Of a DNA stretch of 64,000 nucleotides, positions 1 to 14,500 are shown piece after piece (positions within the stretch are counted from its first letter, which is position 1; every line of letters starts with the position of its first letter). The notes beneath the pieces are model-generated. The model was given only the letters and a program-made list of their open reading frames with translations, had not been told where the DNA came from and ran no database searches. The position numbers were made by a program, and so were the translations under genes. Source of the stretch: a virus (taxonomy: Duplodnaviria; Heunggongvirae; Uroviricota; Caudoviricetes). Location of the stretch: IMG/VR virus record IMGVR_UViG_3300022918_000010; one strand, given 5' to 3'.

Positions 1-1
1 A

Positions 2-2503
2 TTCACTTTTAGGAAAGAAACCTGTTTTTAAAGATACAGCTCCTTCAAATTCACCTGTTTTAGGATCAATATTAGGACCCATATATTCTACTTTATTAAA
101 GTATTTAGCTCTATATAAGTCATAGTCTTCATGAGATACTGTTTCTTTTTTGTTCCAGTAGTATCTAGTTTCTTTATCAGCATTCTCAACTACTTCTAAG
201 TATTCATATTTATCTCTGATAGCTTTAAATGCATCACTGTATTTATGATAATCACCATCTTCCATACCTGAAGCAGTACCTATTTCAGCAGATTGAAACT
301 TTCTATTATTAGTCTTATCAATATATAATTGTTTATTGTAAGCTATATCTTCTTTAGAGGCAGTATTAACATTACTGATTGGTATATATTGTTTCATAGT
401 ACCATCTTTTTCTTTAAGATGACTTCTTAATTCATAATACTTTTCCCAGTACTGTTGTCCTACTCTTGTTACGTATCTACCAGTCCATTTACCTGCTGCA
501 TTAAATACTTTCATAAAGTCATAAGTATCAGACTTAGGTTTACTTATTCCTAGAGAAGATAGCAAAGATTTTCCTAATGATTTAATATTATCAATAGCAG
601 TATCAGTTTTATCTAATGCAGTTTGTACACCATTCTTAACAATCTTATCTATAGTAGCTAACAATGGATCTGTTGAAGTAGCTATATCTCCTAAGTAATA
701 ATCCTCAGATGATATATCATTTACTTCCTGTAGAATAGAATCTAATTGTTCTTTAGTTAAAGGTTCATTAGAATACTTCTGATATAATCTTTGTGTATGT
801 TCTTGTAATGCTCTATCAATAGTATCTTTAGCATCATCTAAAGTATCTAATACAGTACCCATTAGTATTTGTTGATCTTTAGATCCAAATCCTTGATACT
901 TAATCAATCCTCTATACGACTCTAAAAACTTATCAGCTTCAATTAATACTGAAGCATATTCTTTTCTGTCTTTGTTTGCATCATTAATAACAAAGTCAAT
1001 AATCTTATTTAATTCATCTTTAGTATAATTAAGAAATCTACCATATGCTAAACTAGGTTTGTCTTGTTCAAGATCAGATCCCAGCATAATAATCAATTCA
1101 TTTATTTTATCTACAGTAACTTGTTTAGGTCTAAATGATATCGAATCTTTTAATTTCTCAAAGTAGCCCTTTCTTACTTCTAAAGCATCAACAATCTTTT
1201 CAACTCTATTATAGAGTTTATCAAACATATCTCCTTCTAATTCTTCTTCAGGAAGGGCTTCTTCCTCTGATAAAAAATCATCATTGTCTACTGGATTATT
1301 AATACCCAGCTTTTCACGTAATTCATTGTACTTAAATGCAGATGATATTTTAGTAGGAATAATTTTATTTACAAATGCAGCATTTTGTGAAGGACTATGT
1401 GACTCAATACCTTCAAATATAAATTCAGTTATAGCTTTATTAGCATCTAGTTTTAAATTTATGTGTACAGATTCTGTAGCTTCAACTTCAAAACCTTGTA
1501 ACTCAGCTAACTTTTTATATACAGCTACTTGAATACCATGTTGTTGTTTAGTGGTTAATGATCCTTCTAATAAAGATCCTTCACTTACTGGATAAGGATT
1601 ATTTCTATATGCATCATCATTAATTGAATTTTTAGAAACCTTTAAATCAATAATTTTTAATTTACCATTAGGTTTAATTACTAGAACATCCATTGCACCT
1701 GCAATACGTGACCCAGGATCACCTAATATTACTTGTGGAATAACTATACTCCCATCAGCAGTAAGTCCTGTTATATAAGCTTGTAATACGTTAAATGCTT
1801 CTTTTTGTTGTGTCTCAGATAATACGGCTAATAGTGGATCTTTTTGAAGTTCTGTCCAAGGTGTTCTTGTTATAATACCTTCTAAGATTTTATCAAATGC
1901 CTGACCATATTCTCTATTAATACCATATAGATTATTAGGATCATGTAACTTACCTTTAATAGCTGTTGTAGTTGAAGTATACGGATTACCATCTACATCA
2001 TGATACACATGTTCTATAGGTTCAAGTATTACAGGATTATCTGGAGATATCATTAAAGCTTCAGCTATTCTCTGTTGTAAGATATTTCCTCTAGAGATAG
2101 CTTTGTTAACTATTTTAGCAGTAGCAACATCTAATACATAAGATGGTCCTCCTTTTTTAAAATTACCACCAGTTAATACTGTACTGTTAAAGCTTGAGAA
2201 TTTAGGTTCACCATTTACATCTGCAAAAGGTAATCCTAATCCAACCATACCTTTAAACATTTTCATATAATCATCAGAGTATGCTATACTCCAAAGACCT
2301 AATGCTATTTCTTCAACACTATCATTTAATAGTTTACCTTCAGCTAATGCAGATTGTATATATGGAGTACTAGCTATTACTTTTGCTGCACCTTTATCTT
2401 GTACATACTTAACTAAGTCTTTGTATAAGATTGATGGTTGCTCATTAGTAGCTAGTACTTTTTCTATTTTATCTTCACTACGATACACTTGGCATGCTGC
2501 CAT
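2..2503 (-). CDS. Giant virion cargo (ejected) protein, N-terminal 834 aa only (runs off the window's left edge); contains a PD-(D/E)xK nuclease-like domain
   Basis: Not in the ORF track because it has no stop in the window. ATG at 2503 (MAACQVYRSEDKIEKV...); frame translated over most of its length and at both ends with no stop seen. Motif IAGAMDVLVIKPNGKLKIIDLK...QQHGIQVAVY (D272, D286-L-K288). Lies directly downstream of the RNAP gene, as in crAss-like cargo clusters. Confidence 0.8.
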   Translation of the reverse strand, partial: MAACQVYRSEDKIEKVLATNEQPSILYKDLVKYVQDKGAAKVIASTPYIQSALAEGKLLNDSVEEIALGLWSIAYSDDYMKMFKGMVGLGLPFADVNGEPKFSSFNSTVLTGGNFKKGGPSYVLDVATAKIVNKAISRGNILQQRIAEALMISPDNPVILEPIEHVYHDVDGNPYTSTTTAIKGKLHDPNNLYGINREYGQAFDKILEGIITRTPWTELQKDPLLAVLSETQQKEAFNVLQAYITGLTADGSIVIPQVILGDPGSRIAGAMDVLVIKPNGKLKIIDLKVSKNSINDDAYRNNPYPVSEGSLLEGSLTTKQQHGIQVAVYKKLAELQGFEVEATESVHINLKLDANKAITEFIFEGIESHSPSQNAAFVNKIIPTKISSAFKYNELREKLGINNPVDNDDFLSEEEALPEEELEGDMFDKLYNRVEKIVDALEVRKGYFEKLKDSISFRPKQVTVDKINELIIMLGSDLEQDKPSLAYGRFLNYTKDELNKIIDFVINDANKDRKEYASVLIEADKFLESYRGLIKYQGFGSKDQQILMGTVLDTLDDAKDTIDRALQEHTQRLYQKYSNEPLTKEQLDSILQEVNDISSEDYYLGDIATSTDPLLATIDKIVKNGVQTALDKTDTAIDNIKSLGKSLLSSLGISKPKSDTYDFMKVFNAAGKWTGRYVTRVGQQYWEKYYELRSHLKEKDGTMKQYIPISNVNTASKEDIAYNKQLYIDKTNNRKFQSAEIGTASGMEDGDYHKYSDAFKAIRDKYEYLEVVENADKETRYYWNKKETVSHEDYDLYRAKYFNKVEYMGPNIDPKTGEFEGAVSLKTGFFPKSE

Positions 2504-2519
2504 ATTTTATTAATTTAAA

Positions 2520-5500
2520 TTATGCACAATTATCATCTAATGGATTATTATTGTTCTTAAACGTTGACTTAAATAGATCTGCAAAATCTTTCATTCTATC
2601 TTGATCAACATCTGCTTGATCTGCATTAGCATTAAAGAATGAGTTGAGCATATTAGATGCTAAATCATCTTGTTCTGGTAATGGAACTTCATTATACATA
2701 TCAGCAGATGGTTCTGATTGATAACTTGTAATTGCTTCAGCAGAGTCTTCTGAATTATATCCAAATAAATTAAGTAAATCCAATGGAGTTTTGACACTAT
2801 CTTTTAATTCTTGTGTTAAGTCATTATATAACCCCCCACTAAAAGATACACCTTTGTTTGTTACTTTAGATGTTATACCAAACTTTTTAGCTAAAACATC
2901 TACTGGAGATTCACTATTTGTAAAGTTAATATTATTTCCTGATAATGCACCAGTTTTCTTAACAGTTTCACCAACAGGTGCAAGTCCCATACGTTGTTCA
3001 ATATCTGAAGCATCCATATTAGAATATCTTCCAGTATTCTCTTGAGCATTACCAAATTGTTTTCTAACTCTTGGTTTCTTAGGTATTACTGGAATAGGTC
3101 CAAATAACTCTCCAATCATAGTAGATTTTCTACTTCCTGTAGGAGTGTATTCTTCATATATAGCTCCTAATCCATTAGCAACATATTCACCTTTTTGAAT
3201 AAGTCTATTTGGATTTGATTCATCTACTGTAATATCACCAACTTTCTTTTTGTCTTTACTATCTTTAGTAACAGCTATAAGTTTATAATAAGTTCTTTTA
3301 CCTTGAATATTACTATCTACAATTACATAAGGAAATGCATATTTACCTAGAGCATTAGAACGAAAACCTTTAGCATCTAATAAAGCTTTATTTTTTTTAA
3401 GTTTAGCTTTCTCAGCATCATTAAATTTACCAGTTCTTTTTATTTGTATTATACCTTGAGTAGTACCAGTATCAAACATTTCTTTTTCATCTCTGATACC
3501 TGCCCATAAGTTAATAGTTATACGAGCTTTAGGTAATTCAACTTCAGGAGTTTTAGTAGTATCATCTTTAACTTTTGGATCAAGTTGGGCTAACTTTTCT
3601 CTTAAAGTAAGTTCTTTAACTGATTCATCTTTTTTAATTTGTCCAGATTTAGTATAAGATTGAGGAACAAATTTCTTTACATCAGGATCTTGCGTTTCTT
3701 CAAATACAGGATTTCTATTCATGATCTTTGTAATCTCAAAAGTATTACCTATATGAGAAGTATAGGATTTCATAAATTCATTAAACAAATCAGTAGATTG
3801 AACACCAAATGTATCAGAATATTTCTGATCAATACCTTTTGTATCAAGTGGCATTTTCAATACACTATTAACTTGTTCAGTAGATTTAAGTAAATCACCA
3901 AACATAAATGTAGGTATATATCTTATGAATGAATTAGACTTGAACTGTCCAGCATCTTTAACTAAAAGATAGTTAAATATATCTACAGCATTAGCTCTAG
4001 TATCATCATTCTGATATATCTCTAAGAAACTATCTTTAAGTTTTTCAACCTGATACTCACTTAATTTAGCCCAAGTATTAGCTTCAGCTTTATTAATACC
4101 ATCTCTGTTAAGATCATTCATTGCAGTAACTTTATCATTGTTAGTTACTTGTGTAGAAATAATATTAACAAATTTAGAAGCAAAGTAGTTATCAGGAAGT
4201 TTAGCTCTGATAGTTTTAAATGTATCTATAATATCATTGAAATCTTCACCTTTTAGTTTAGCAGACTCATCATAAATCATTGCATTATCTAAAGTAGATA
4301 GTGTTCTCAATTTATTATTGTCTAATAAAGACTTCATATAAGCTTTTATAGAAAGGTAAGATAACAAGTCTCTTTTTAGAATTGTATTAAATTCTTTTTC
4401 TGTAGATTTTCTTACACTAAGATTTTCTTTGACTATAGTAGATATACGTTGGAATACGGGAGTTTTCTCTATAAACATAGTTTGAGACATATGATCAATT
4501 TGATCGGCAGTCTGAATATAGTTATACATAAACTCATGATATGGTTTAGCTTTATTTATAGCCATAAATACTTGACGTAAATCAAATGGTAGTTTAGATT
4601 TATAGAAATCTGAATTATCCATTCTTAACCCAAGCTCTTCTATAGTAGTTTTAATATCTGCTAAGTTTTCAAAGCTTGTTCCAAGACCTTTAGTTAATTT
4701 AAGTACTTTAGCTACTTTAGAGAAATTAGCTGCTTGTGCTTTAATACCTTTGAATGATTGTAATACTGCATATTGTAAATCAGCATTATCTCCATTTGTA
4801 TTAAGACCATCATCTAATAAATCATCTGTAAGATCCATAACTTCTTCTTCAGATCTCAGCTTACTATATTTTTCTATAATATTATCTAATAATTCACCTT
4901 TTTTAATTTGTTGTTCTGTACCAGTTTTAATTTTGTTATTAGCAATCTTAATCTGTGCAAAATATTCTCTTATAGAAGGTTGTAATAAAAATCTAATTGC
5001 AGATTTAATAGGTACACCTTGTGCAAGCATATTAGTAACATATCCAATAGCTTCTATATTAAGACCTAATCTAGCTGCTAATCTTTCCTTAGCATTATCT
5101 GTCATTGCAGATACTACTGTAGAAATAGATCCAAATATTCTATCACCAGTATAATCTCCTGTAATAGGATCAAAAGCTTTTAATGACTCTTTACCTGATT
5201 TATCTCTAGGAGAATATGTATTAAATGTATGACCATTTAATTTGAATAAGAATAAGTCTTCATAATTAGGAACTCTTGTTACTTTACCATCTTCAGCTAC
5301 TTCTTCAGATATAGCAGATATGTATGAGCTTCTTAAGTTTATATTGAATGAACTTAAGATAGAGTATGCTAAGATAGAATTTACAGCAGGACCAATATTT
5401 CTAGATCCCTCTTTATTGTTTGTAAAGGATTTATACTTACCTATTATACTATCTGTATCTACAGCACCCTCATTAACAATATCAACTATTTGAGGTACTT

Positions 5501-8500
5501 CAGAGAAGTCACTTAGTAATTCATTTACTATGTTTTTTAATGGATCTACTGATGCAACTTCAAATGCAATTGGAGCTCTACCTTCTTCTTGTTCATTAAC
5601 CATATATTCATTACTAACTAAAGCAATTTTCTGAGCTAATATTCTGTTGTTAAGAACACCAGTGTTTATTTCACCATTTACTTTAACGTAATCTATATAT
5701 TCTTTAGGAGTTGAAGGTAATCCAATAAGTCTCAATGCTTCTTTATATAGAACCATTTTATCATCAATTGTTTCAACTGATAATACATCAGATAATATAC
5801 CTAATGCTTCTCCTGGTTCTAAATCATCAGATATTGTAGACTCAGTAATATCTTTTTTAAGTTCTCTAATAGTTAATTTAAAATCTTTATTATTACCAAG
5901 CATATAAGTTACATATTCATCAAATTTCTCTTCTGTAGTAACTGCTGTGCCATAAGCTAATCTTTTACCATCTTTACGATAAGTATCAGCTATATGCATA
6001 TATAGCTTATCAATATCAAAATCGGCTCCTGATATCTCTATAAGTTCGTGTGGATATATACCTGTACTACCATAAAAAGCTGGCATTGTATCAACCATTC
6101 TTAATGATATAGTTGAGTGTTTATCCTGTGATGGAATACGTACACCAAAAGCTTTAGCTAAAGCTTCTGGTATTTTTTCACCAGGTTTTAGATCCATTAG
6201 TTCAGCAAAGTGAGGAGGAAGTACAAATTCAGAGTATCTTCCAATTATATTACCTTTCTCATCATACTCAGCTACATTGTGACGTAAATCATCTATGTAA
6301 TAATCACCAACTTTAAGTCCTTCAAACTCTCTGTCTAATACATTATTCCATTCCTTAGCTTCAGCATAATCATTTGGAGATAATTTAACTTCATCTGTTC
6401 TGATTATATTCCAAGCTATTGGTTGATTAGTAACAGGATCTAACTTAGTGACTCGTTTAACTACTTTATATCCATAGTTAGACATCAATGCTATTGAATG
6501 TCCAGGTACTTTCTCACTCATTACTCCTTTAGAGAAATAAGCTAAGAATAATTGAGTATACTTATCTAGAGTAATTGGATTATTTAAGTTATACTTAGGT
6601 TTACCAGTTTTATCTACTTCAAAGAAATCAATCAATTGTGAGTCAGCTCCAGTAGCTCTAAGATTATCTACAGCTCTTTTCTGAAACTTAGCTAACTTAG
6701 GAGTTACATTTTCTAAATTAATAGATGATGATAACTCTTCAAATGCACCTTCAATATCAAAGATCTCATTTCTAGCAGTCATATAATTATTCTTAACACG
6801 TTGAGCTGTATCTGCAAGATACAATTGTTTAAGAGCTCCTATGCTTGTCTTGTTACCTAAGAAATCTACTTCAGTATCATCATTTTGTTCAGCTAATATT
6901 AACTGTTTAGCTTGAGTTGGATCTGTAATAACTAACTTATTACTTGGATTTTCTAACTGTAATCTCCAGAATTTAGTTTCCTGACGTTGGAAGTTGTGAT
7001 CTTTAGCTTCTTTAGCAGATGCTGCAACATTAACTTTTAATCCTTTAGAAGCTGATTTAGGTACAGAATATGCAACAGTATTATTTCTAGACTCAAAGTC
7101 TTCTAACTTTTCTCTAAGATCATGTAATTCTTGTTTACCTGGTAAAGCTTTCCAGGTCCCATTATCGTTATATGAAGTTAATTCTTTAGTAAGCATAACA
7201 AATGATGTCTTGATATACATCTTTCCATCATAGTATACTAACTTCATTGAGTTGAACATGGAATGAAGATCTTTAAGACCATCTATCTTATTACCAGTTT
7301 TAGGATCAGTAGTACCAAAGATTTCTTTAGCCGTAAGCTGTTCACCATTCTCAATCTTATCAAGCATTTTAGCTGTAAATGGATCTAATTTACCTAGACC
7401 ATGCAAAGTATATCTCATACTTTTTACAGTACCCCAAGTTTGAGCATCAGCTTTTTCACCAATACCACCACTATATTTACCTCTATATTGAGGATCTTCA
7501 AATTGAAGTATATAACTTTCAGTAAATTGTTCAGTAATACCCACTTGTGGTGCTATTACAGTACTTTCTAATGATGCTCCAGATGCATTTGCACCTCTAG
7601 CTCTTTTAACTTCATCAACACCATCTTTTAATGATGCTGCTTGATCTCCTAATAATAGTTGGTTTAATGATAATGTATTGATATAATCATTTACTAGTAC
7701 TTGACCAATATTATGTTCAATCTTATTATATATAATATTTAATTGAGAGTTCTTTCTTTCATTAGATACTTTCTTTTTACCTTCTTGAGTATAGAAACCA
7801 TCTTGAATATAATTATCAATTAAGTTATTTGTATATGTTTGTTTTACTCCTGAATTTAAATCTACTTGATTTTTAGTAATTACTCCTGTAGAAGATAATA
7901 ACTCAACAGTATCAGCAATCTGACCTTCCCAATAAGCTTTAATCTGATTAGTGATCTCAGATTTCATTGAGCTAATATTAAACTCTTCATTTAATGCAGA
8001 CTCTTCTATAGAAGTTTTAAGATCACCTAACATAAGACCAGTTTTATATAGAGTTAATCCTCTACCTTTAGAGTAATCTCTTTTACCTGTAGTCTTATTA
8101 GTACCATAGTGGTAACCATCAATCTCATCAATTATTCTATCACCAGCACCTATATTGTTTACATCATCTTTAACTCTTTTAATTCTTTCAAATTCATTAA
8201 CTACTTCGTTATATAATATATCAGCAGCCTCATCAGATACTTTTACGTTTTCTGATTTATCTAAAGTAACCGCTTTAATTACAGGAAGTCCTAATGTATC
8301 TCCAGTATTACTAGCTTCTAGTACTCTAATAAGATGTTGAGATGTTCTAAATGAACCACCATCTTCAGTTTTATACTCTTTACCATAAGCATATATATCA
8401 AATAAACTGGTTAGGAATTCTCTGTTAGAAAATGATCCATAAGTAATACCTTTATTTTTATTAGCTGATATACCTTTATCTTCTCTTATAGAACCATCTT

Positions 8501-11500
8501 CTTCAGATTTACTTAATACAGAAGACTTAGCTCCATCAATACGTTTAATACTTAGGTCACCTTGAAGTACTTCAAATTTCTCTGAGTTTAATAAATAGTT
8601 ATTTTCTAAGAAAGCATCTGCTTTAAGTTCATCAATATAAGCATCACTATTAAGTTGTTGTATTCTTACTAAGTGATAAGTAGGTAATTGGTGAGCATAT
8701 ACTAATTCGCCATCAGCATTTTTCCATGATGAACTATAAACAGTTTCATCAAATACTCCATTACCTTTAGCTAAATTGTTAATACGTGTTATTACACCAC
8801 CTTTACCAAGATCGTTAACTTTCTCTTCAGCTTCTTCCTCACCCTCTTCAAGATCTACTGGATCAGTATTTCTTTGATCATCAATATTCTTAGAGAAGGG
8901 ATCTTCACCAGATTGAATAGATCTTATTATTTGTTGTATATCTTCTCTAGTAGCAAAGTATGTTTCAGCATATGCATTAATTAAAGTCTTTTGAGCCTCA
9001 GTTAATACAGATGCATCTTTATTAGATACAATAGAAAACTTAACAAATGCTGGATCTAATGATATACCTATGTCATTCTTAAGTTGATTTGATATTTCTT
9101 TAGACTCAATTTCTAATCTATCATCTTCTATAGAAAGATCTTTATCCATTAAGGTATATAAATCTTTTAATGAAGATACTCTATCATCATAGAATTCACT
9201 TCTAGCATCAGCATTTCTTAAAGTTAATACTTGATCTTGGAATACTCTTATATATGCATTTTGCCATGAAGAGAATTGTGTTTTAGCAGAGTCTCTTCTA
9301 TTAGCTAACATGACATTACTCATTTTAGCTTCTTCACGTATATCCTTATTAATAAATAGATAATCTACTGAGTATTGATTAAATCCTTTTATAACTTGTT
9401 GTACAAGTCTAGCTCTTTGAGGATTTGTAGATACCCAAGTTCCATCTTCATTAAATTCAATACCTGCATCATTAAAGAACTTAGTAATAAATTTACCAGT
9501 TTCAGTTTCATCAGACTTTAATAATCTAAGTCTATTCATAACCATATTCTGGTCACCAATATTAGCTACAGCTTTAAGCATACCGTTATATACAAGATTT
9601 GCATTAACAGCTTGTAATAAAGGTACACCATCTTTTAATTGACTATTACCAAATTCATCTATATATTCAAATGTAGTTGTTGCTATATATTGTCTTAAGA
9701 AGTTTGATAATGAACCAAATCCACCAATGGAATGAGTTTCTTTCCAAGAGTCAGTAGTTACTCTGTCTCCATATTCATCAACAGCTTCATCAAATACATC
9801 ACTATCTAGACTTTGTTTAAAGCCCATTAATCTTAAATGTACATCAACTGCTTCTAATAAAGAAGCTCTATTTTCTTCTTCAGAGAAGACTGTATATCTA
9901 TCTTGTAATCTTTGAAGATAATTTTCCATGTCAGCCTCTTGACTTTCATCAGGAAATAATCTATCTATTTCATTAGAATAGTAATCATCCTCTCTATAAG
10001 GATTATACAATTCTTTATATTCATCTAAAATACTTTCTAGTAATTGTTTTTTATTGTATTGCTCTACTTGAGTTAGTCTATCATAGAATATAGAACTAAT
10101 ACTAGCAGCTAACTGATCTCCTTCTTGTTGAGATAAATATCTGTCAATTACTATATCATTACCATTTTCATCTTGTACAATATCTTCACCTACTTTAATT
10201 ACTTTTAAAGCTGGTGTAGTAATCATATTTGATTCTTCCCTGGTAAATTGATTTTGTTGTAAATTACTATTTCTGTATTTACCATTATCAATATCACTGA
10301 ATAGATTTTCTATATCAGTAAATGATCTTCCAGTAAATAATCTTTTAATCCACTCCATTATTTTAGCAAAGAAACCTTTAGCTACATATGAAGTATTAAC
10401 TTTATTATCTGACTTCCAATCATCAAACCTATCTGCCAAGTATTCTTCATAATAAAGCTCTTCCAATTCTGTTGGAGTTAGATTATCATATGAAGGATGT
10501 AATTGTTTGAATTCCTCTAAAGCAGATTTAATATTAACTTTATTAGCTTTTAATTCACGTTTAGCTATATCTCTTAATTGAGTTATTTGCTTATCATTAA
10601 GTAATAACCTAAATGCAGCATGGAAAGCCTCATGATATTTATAAGGAGTATTTTCACCAATATTAATTCTACCTTTTATAGTAGTATTACCATCTCTTAG
10701 TGTATCTAAATAAGATACAAACATACCTACAGTAATCTTATTAGTAGATAGGTTTTTAGTTAAATCATTAACTTCTTCTACAGAAATAAACTCAGGTAAG
10801 TTATCTTTTACCCAAGTATTAAATTTATCAATATGTTCTACATCAGATGCTTCAAATTTCTCTCTTGATATAACTTTAAATGCTCTACCATTCTTTACAT
10901 TAAGTTTAGCTTTAAGTTCATCTAATTGTTTACCATATATAACTTTAGCTTGTTGAGTAGCTTGTATTCTAGCCTTACCAGCAGTTAATCCTTCAGCTAT
11001 TAACTCAGCAGATTTAGTTCTAATATATTCCATCTGATTAGCTTTGATCTCATCAGATAGTTCTTTAAATGAACCTGTTTGTGCAGGAGCTGTTTGTGTT
11101 GGATTAGATTGAATTGCTTTTACAGCATTATCAATAGCTTGTATAAAATTAGGTCCTAAACCATTTATAACACTTTCTCTACTCTCACCATTAACAATAC
11201 GTTGAGCATATTTTTGAACTGCATCAGTTGATCCGTTTTCAATACTTCCAGCTATAGCATCAAATGCTGCTGTAACTTGTTCTCCAACACTTAATGTATT
11301 TTGTACAGTTTTAGATGCAGCTATCTCACCTAATATCTGAGCCCTTAAAGCTTCATCAATAGGTACACCCATGTTATCCTGACTAGTAGCTTGATTAAGT
11401 TCTTTAACTTTAGCAGGATCTACTTTATAAGTCTTAGGATTTACTACATCATATTGTATTCTTGTGTCAACTGCTTGAGCAGGAGTAGCAGGAATAACAG

Positions 11501-14500
11501 CTTCAATAGTATCTTTAGGATTATATGTTAATTGTATATTTTTAACTACTGGAGGATTTAAGAAAGTACTTAAGTTGTTAACTCCAGCTGATCCTATATC
11601 ACTACTTATGGCATTTTTGAAATTGTCTTTAGTTAAAGTAACTGTAATAAATTCACTAGGATTTTTAGCAGTCTGATTATATTTAACTATAGCTTCATTT
11701 ATTCTACTAATAACTTGATCTATATCTTCAAAATTAAGTGGAATATCTTCTTCACTTTCTTTTACAACTATAGAATGTTTAATAGTATTAGAACCTTGTG
11801 GTATATTAAATTTAACCTGTAGATTTCCCATAGCATTTACATAGAAATCTACATAAGTACCTCTATTCTCTAAAGGAAGTGCTATAAATAAACTACTAGC
11901 TATTTCATCATTTAATACATCATTATATGTCTCATCCTTACCACCAGTATATTTAGGTTTAGTTACATTACCTTTTGAATCATATATTTCAACTGTTTTA
12001 GATTCTTTAATAGTTAAGTTATTTTCTTTAGATAATTTAGATCTTTCATTGATTTTAGATACTAAGTCACTAAACTGTGTATCATTCCATGGATCAGATG
12101 ACAACTGTACAAATCTTATTGTACCATTAGGTAGTTTAACTACAGCTACATATCTACCTAACTGTTCTGTTAAATCTCTACCTTTAGCTTTAGCTTCTTT
12201 AACTTCTTTTGCTATTTGTTTAGCATCAGCTCCAATAGCATTTGTAATAGGAATTACCTGAGTAGTAAATTTACCATTCTTATATTTTCTTACTCTATCT
12301 AGTACATAAGTATAACCATTAATAGTACTATGTTCTAGTTCAGATAATTTAACACCTTCCCCAGAAAGAGCATTATCAAATTCACCAACAGATATATTAA
12401 GATCTAACATCTGTTCTATTTGTGGTTCAGTTAATTTAGTAGATACACTATTACCTAATACTTTAGATAAAGTACTAAATAGTCTTCTACCTTTAATAAA
12501 GTTTTGTTTAAAAGTATCTAATGCTTGTTTAGCATCCACTCCTGTAGTATCAAATATTTCTGAGAATTGAGCTATTGTTAGCTTTTCTATAGGAAGATTT
12601 TTACCTTGTTTATCTCTTACAGAATAATGAGTATAATTAGTTATGTAACCAATAGGTAAACCAGCATATTCTAATCTTACATTTAAATAATCACTATTAA
12701 CTTCTAAATTACCATTAGGATTACCTGTAGATTCACCAGCAAGAGTTGTACTTCTAGGACCTCCTTTAGAGACAGTCATAGTTAACCTATCAGCTATATC
12801 TTCTTTAGTCATATTAGCTAAGAATTCATCCAATCTTTTTTGAGCTGCTGGTATACTTTCACGCTTACCATTAACTTCATTTTGATGTGGATATATTCTA
12901 ATTAGTTCATTTACTCTTTTAATCTTAAATTTATTAGGACCATTAAGATCTACTGGAGGTAAGTTAGCAGGAAGTACTTCAGTTTCTGTTTGTAGTCCTT
13001 CTAATACTAATCCATCTAATGAAGTAATTGATTTAGTATCATTTGCATCATTAACATTTTTAATACGTATAGCAAATACATTTAAACCTGCTTCAGGTGA
13101 TTCACTAACAACTTCATATTTTTTACCAGTTGAAGTTTCATTAAATATAAAACCTTTCTTTATATTCTGACCATCAAATACATAAAAACCTGTTACATTA
13201 TCTTCTGATGCAACAACTTCTGGATTATTAGGAGCTGGAGTTTCTGTTAAAGGGGTTGCTTCATTGTTTAATGATTTAATCTCCTGATCAGTATCTTCAT
13301 TAATTTTATTAATACGTTGTTGTATAGTATCTAATTGATCTTTTAATTCATCAGATATTTGTCCAGGAACAAGATCTTCAAGTCTAGTTTCTACACCTGT
13401 TTTAATATTAGTTATTACTATACCATCTTTAGATAATTCAACTACATGTTCACCATCTTCTTCATACAGTTCTTCAAGTTCTTCTATAGAGGTGTCTCTA
13501 CGATCATTGATCTCTTTTATCCTTGGATCATTAGGATCAACTTGAAGTGTAGTGACTTGTAAGTTTTCTCTTACTTCTTCTTCTTGAAGATGTTGATTAA
13601 TAGGTGCAACAATTTCTTGTTCAATAGAATCTCTAAAGTTCTTTAATCCATTTTTAGTATCTGCATATAATGCAAATTCTAATCCCATAGCTCTAGCAGT
13701 ATTTTGATACTGAGCTTTTTCCATTAAAGATTTCTGATAAGCTATGTTCAATGAGCTAGTATTCTTAGCTGAATTTTCATAACTATAATATCCTCCTTCA
13801 GAAGGAGTTAGATTTTCTAATGATAAACTATTGTCTTTAAGATATTTAGCTTTTTCTTTATTAAGTTCTGCTAATAGTTGTCTAGCTACCTTTAATTTAG
13901 TAGAGTTATTAGAACCTGCCTCTAAAGCAGTAATAAAAGCTTTTTGTGAATCAATTCTAAATTGCAAAGAATTAACTGCATCAACACTCATGTCAGATAA
14001 GTTTGATGTTTCTGGTGAAAGTGTTTGAGCTTTAATAGCTTCAACATCTTTATTAATAGTATTTACTATTCCAGTAAGAATACTTTGCTCATCAGCTAAT
14101 CCTGTTAATCTATTTATTCTAGCATTCTCTTCAGCAGGTTTACCTGTAATAAGAATACTATTCTTAATTAAGTTATTTTGAGCAATAATTTGTTTAGCTA
14201 AGGTTTTATATTCACCTATATCTTCTCTACTAGATGGATCAAATCCCATTTTAGCTAATGCTTCAGGTGATGCATTACTAGCTTGATCTAATTTCTCAGT
14301 TAAAGTATCTTCTATACCAGCTTCAATATGAGCTTGTACATAATTTCTAAATGATATATCTCTTAAATATTTAGCTTGATTTTTATCTTTAAGTGTATCA
14401 GCTAACTCAGCCATAGTTGAGTTTAAACTAAAGTTAGTAATAATTTCACCTAGTTTACTTTCATTAACTATAGGTTGATTATTTTCATCTAACTTTAATT

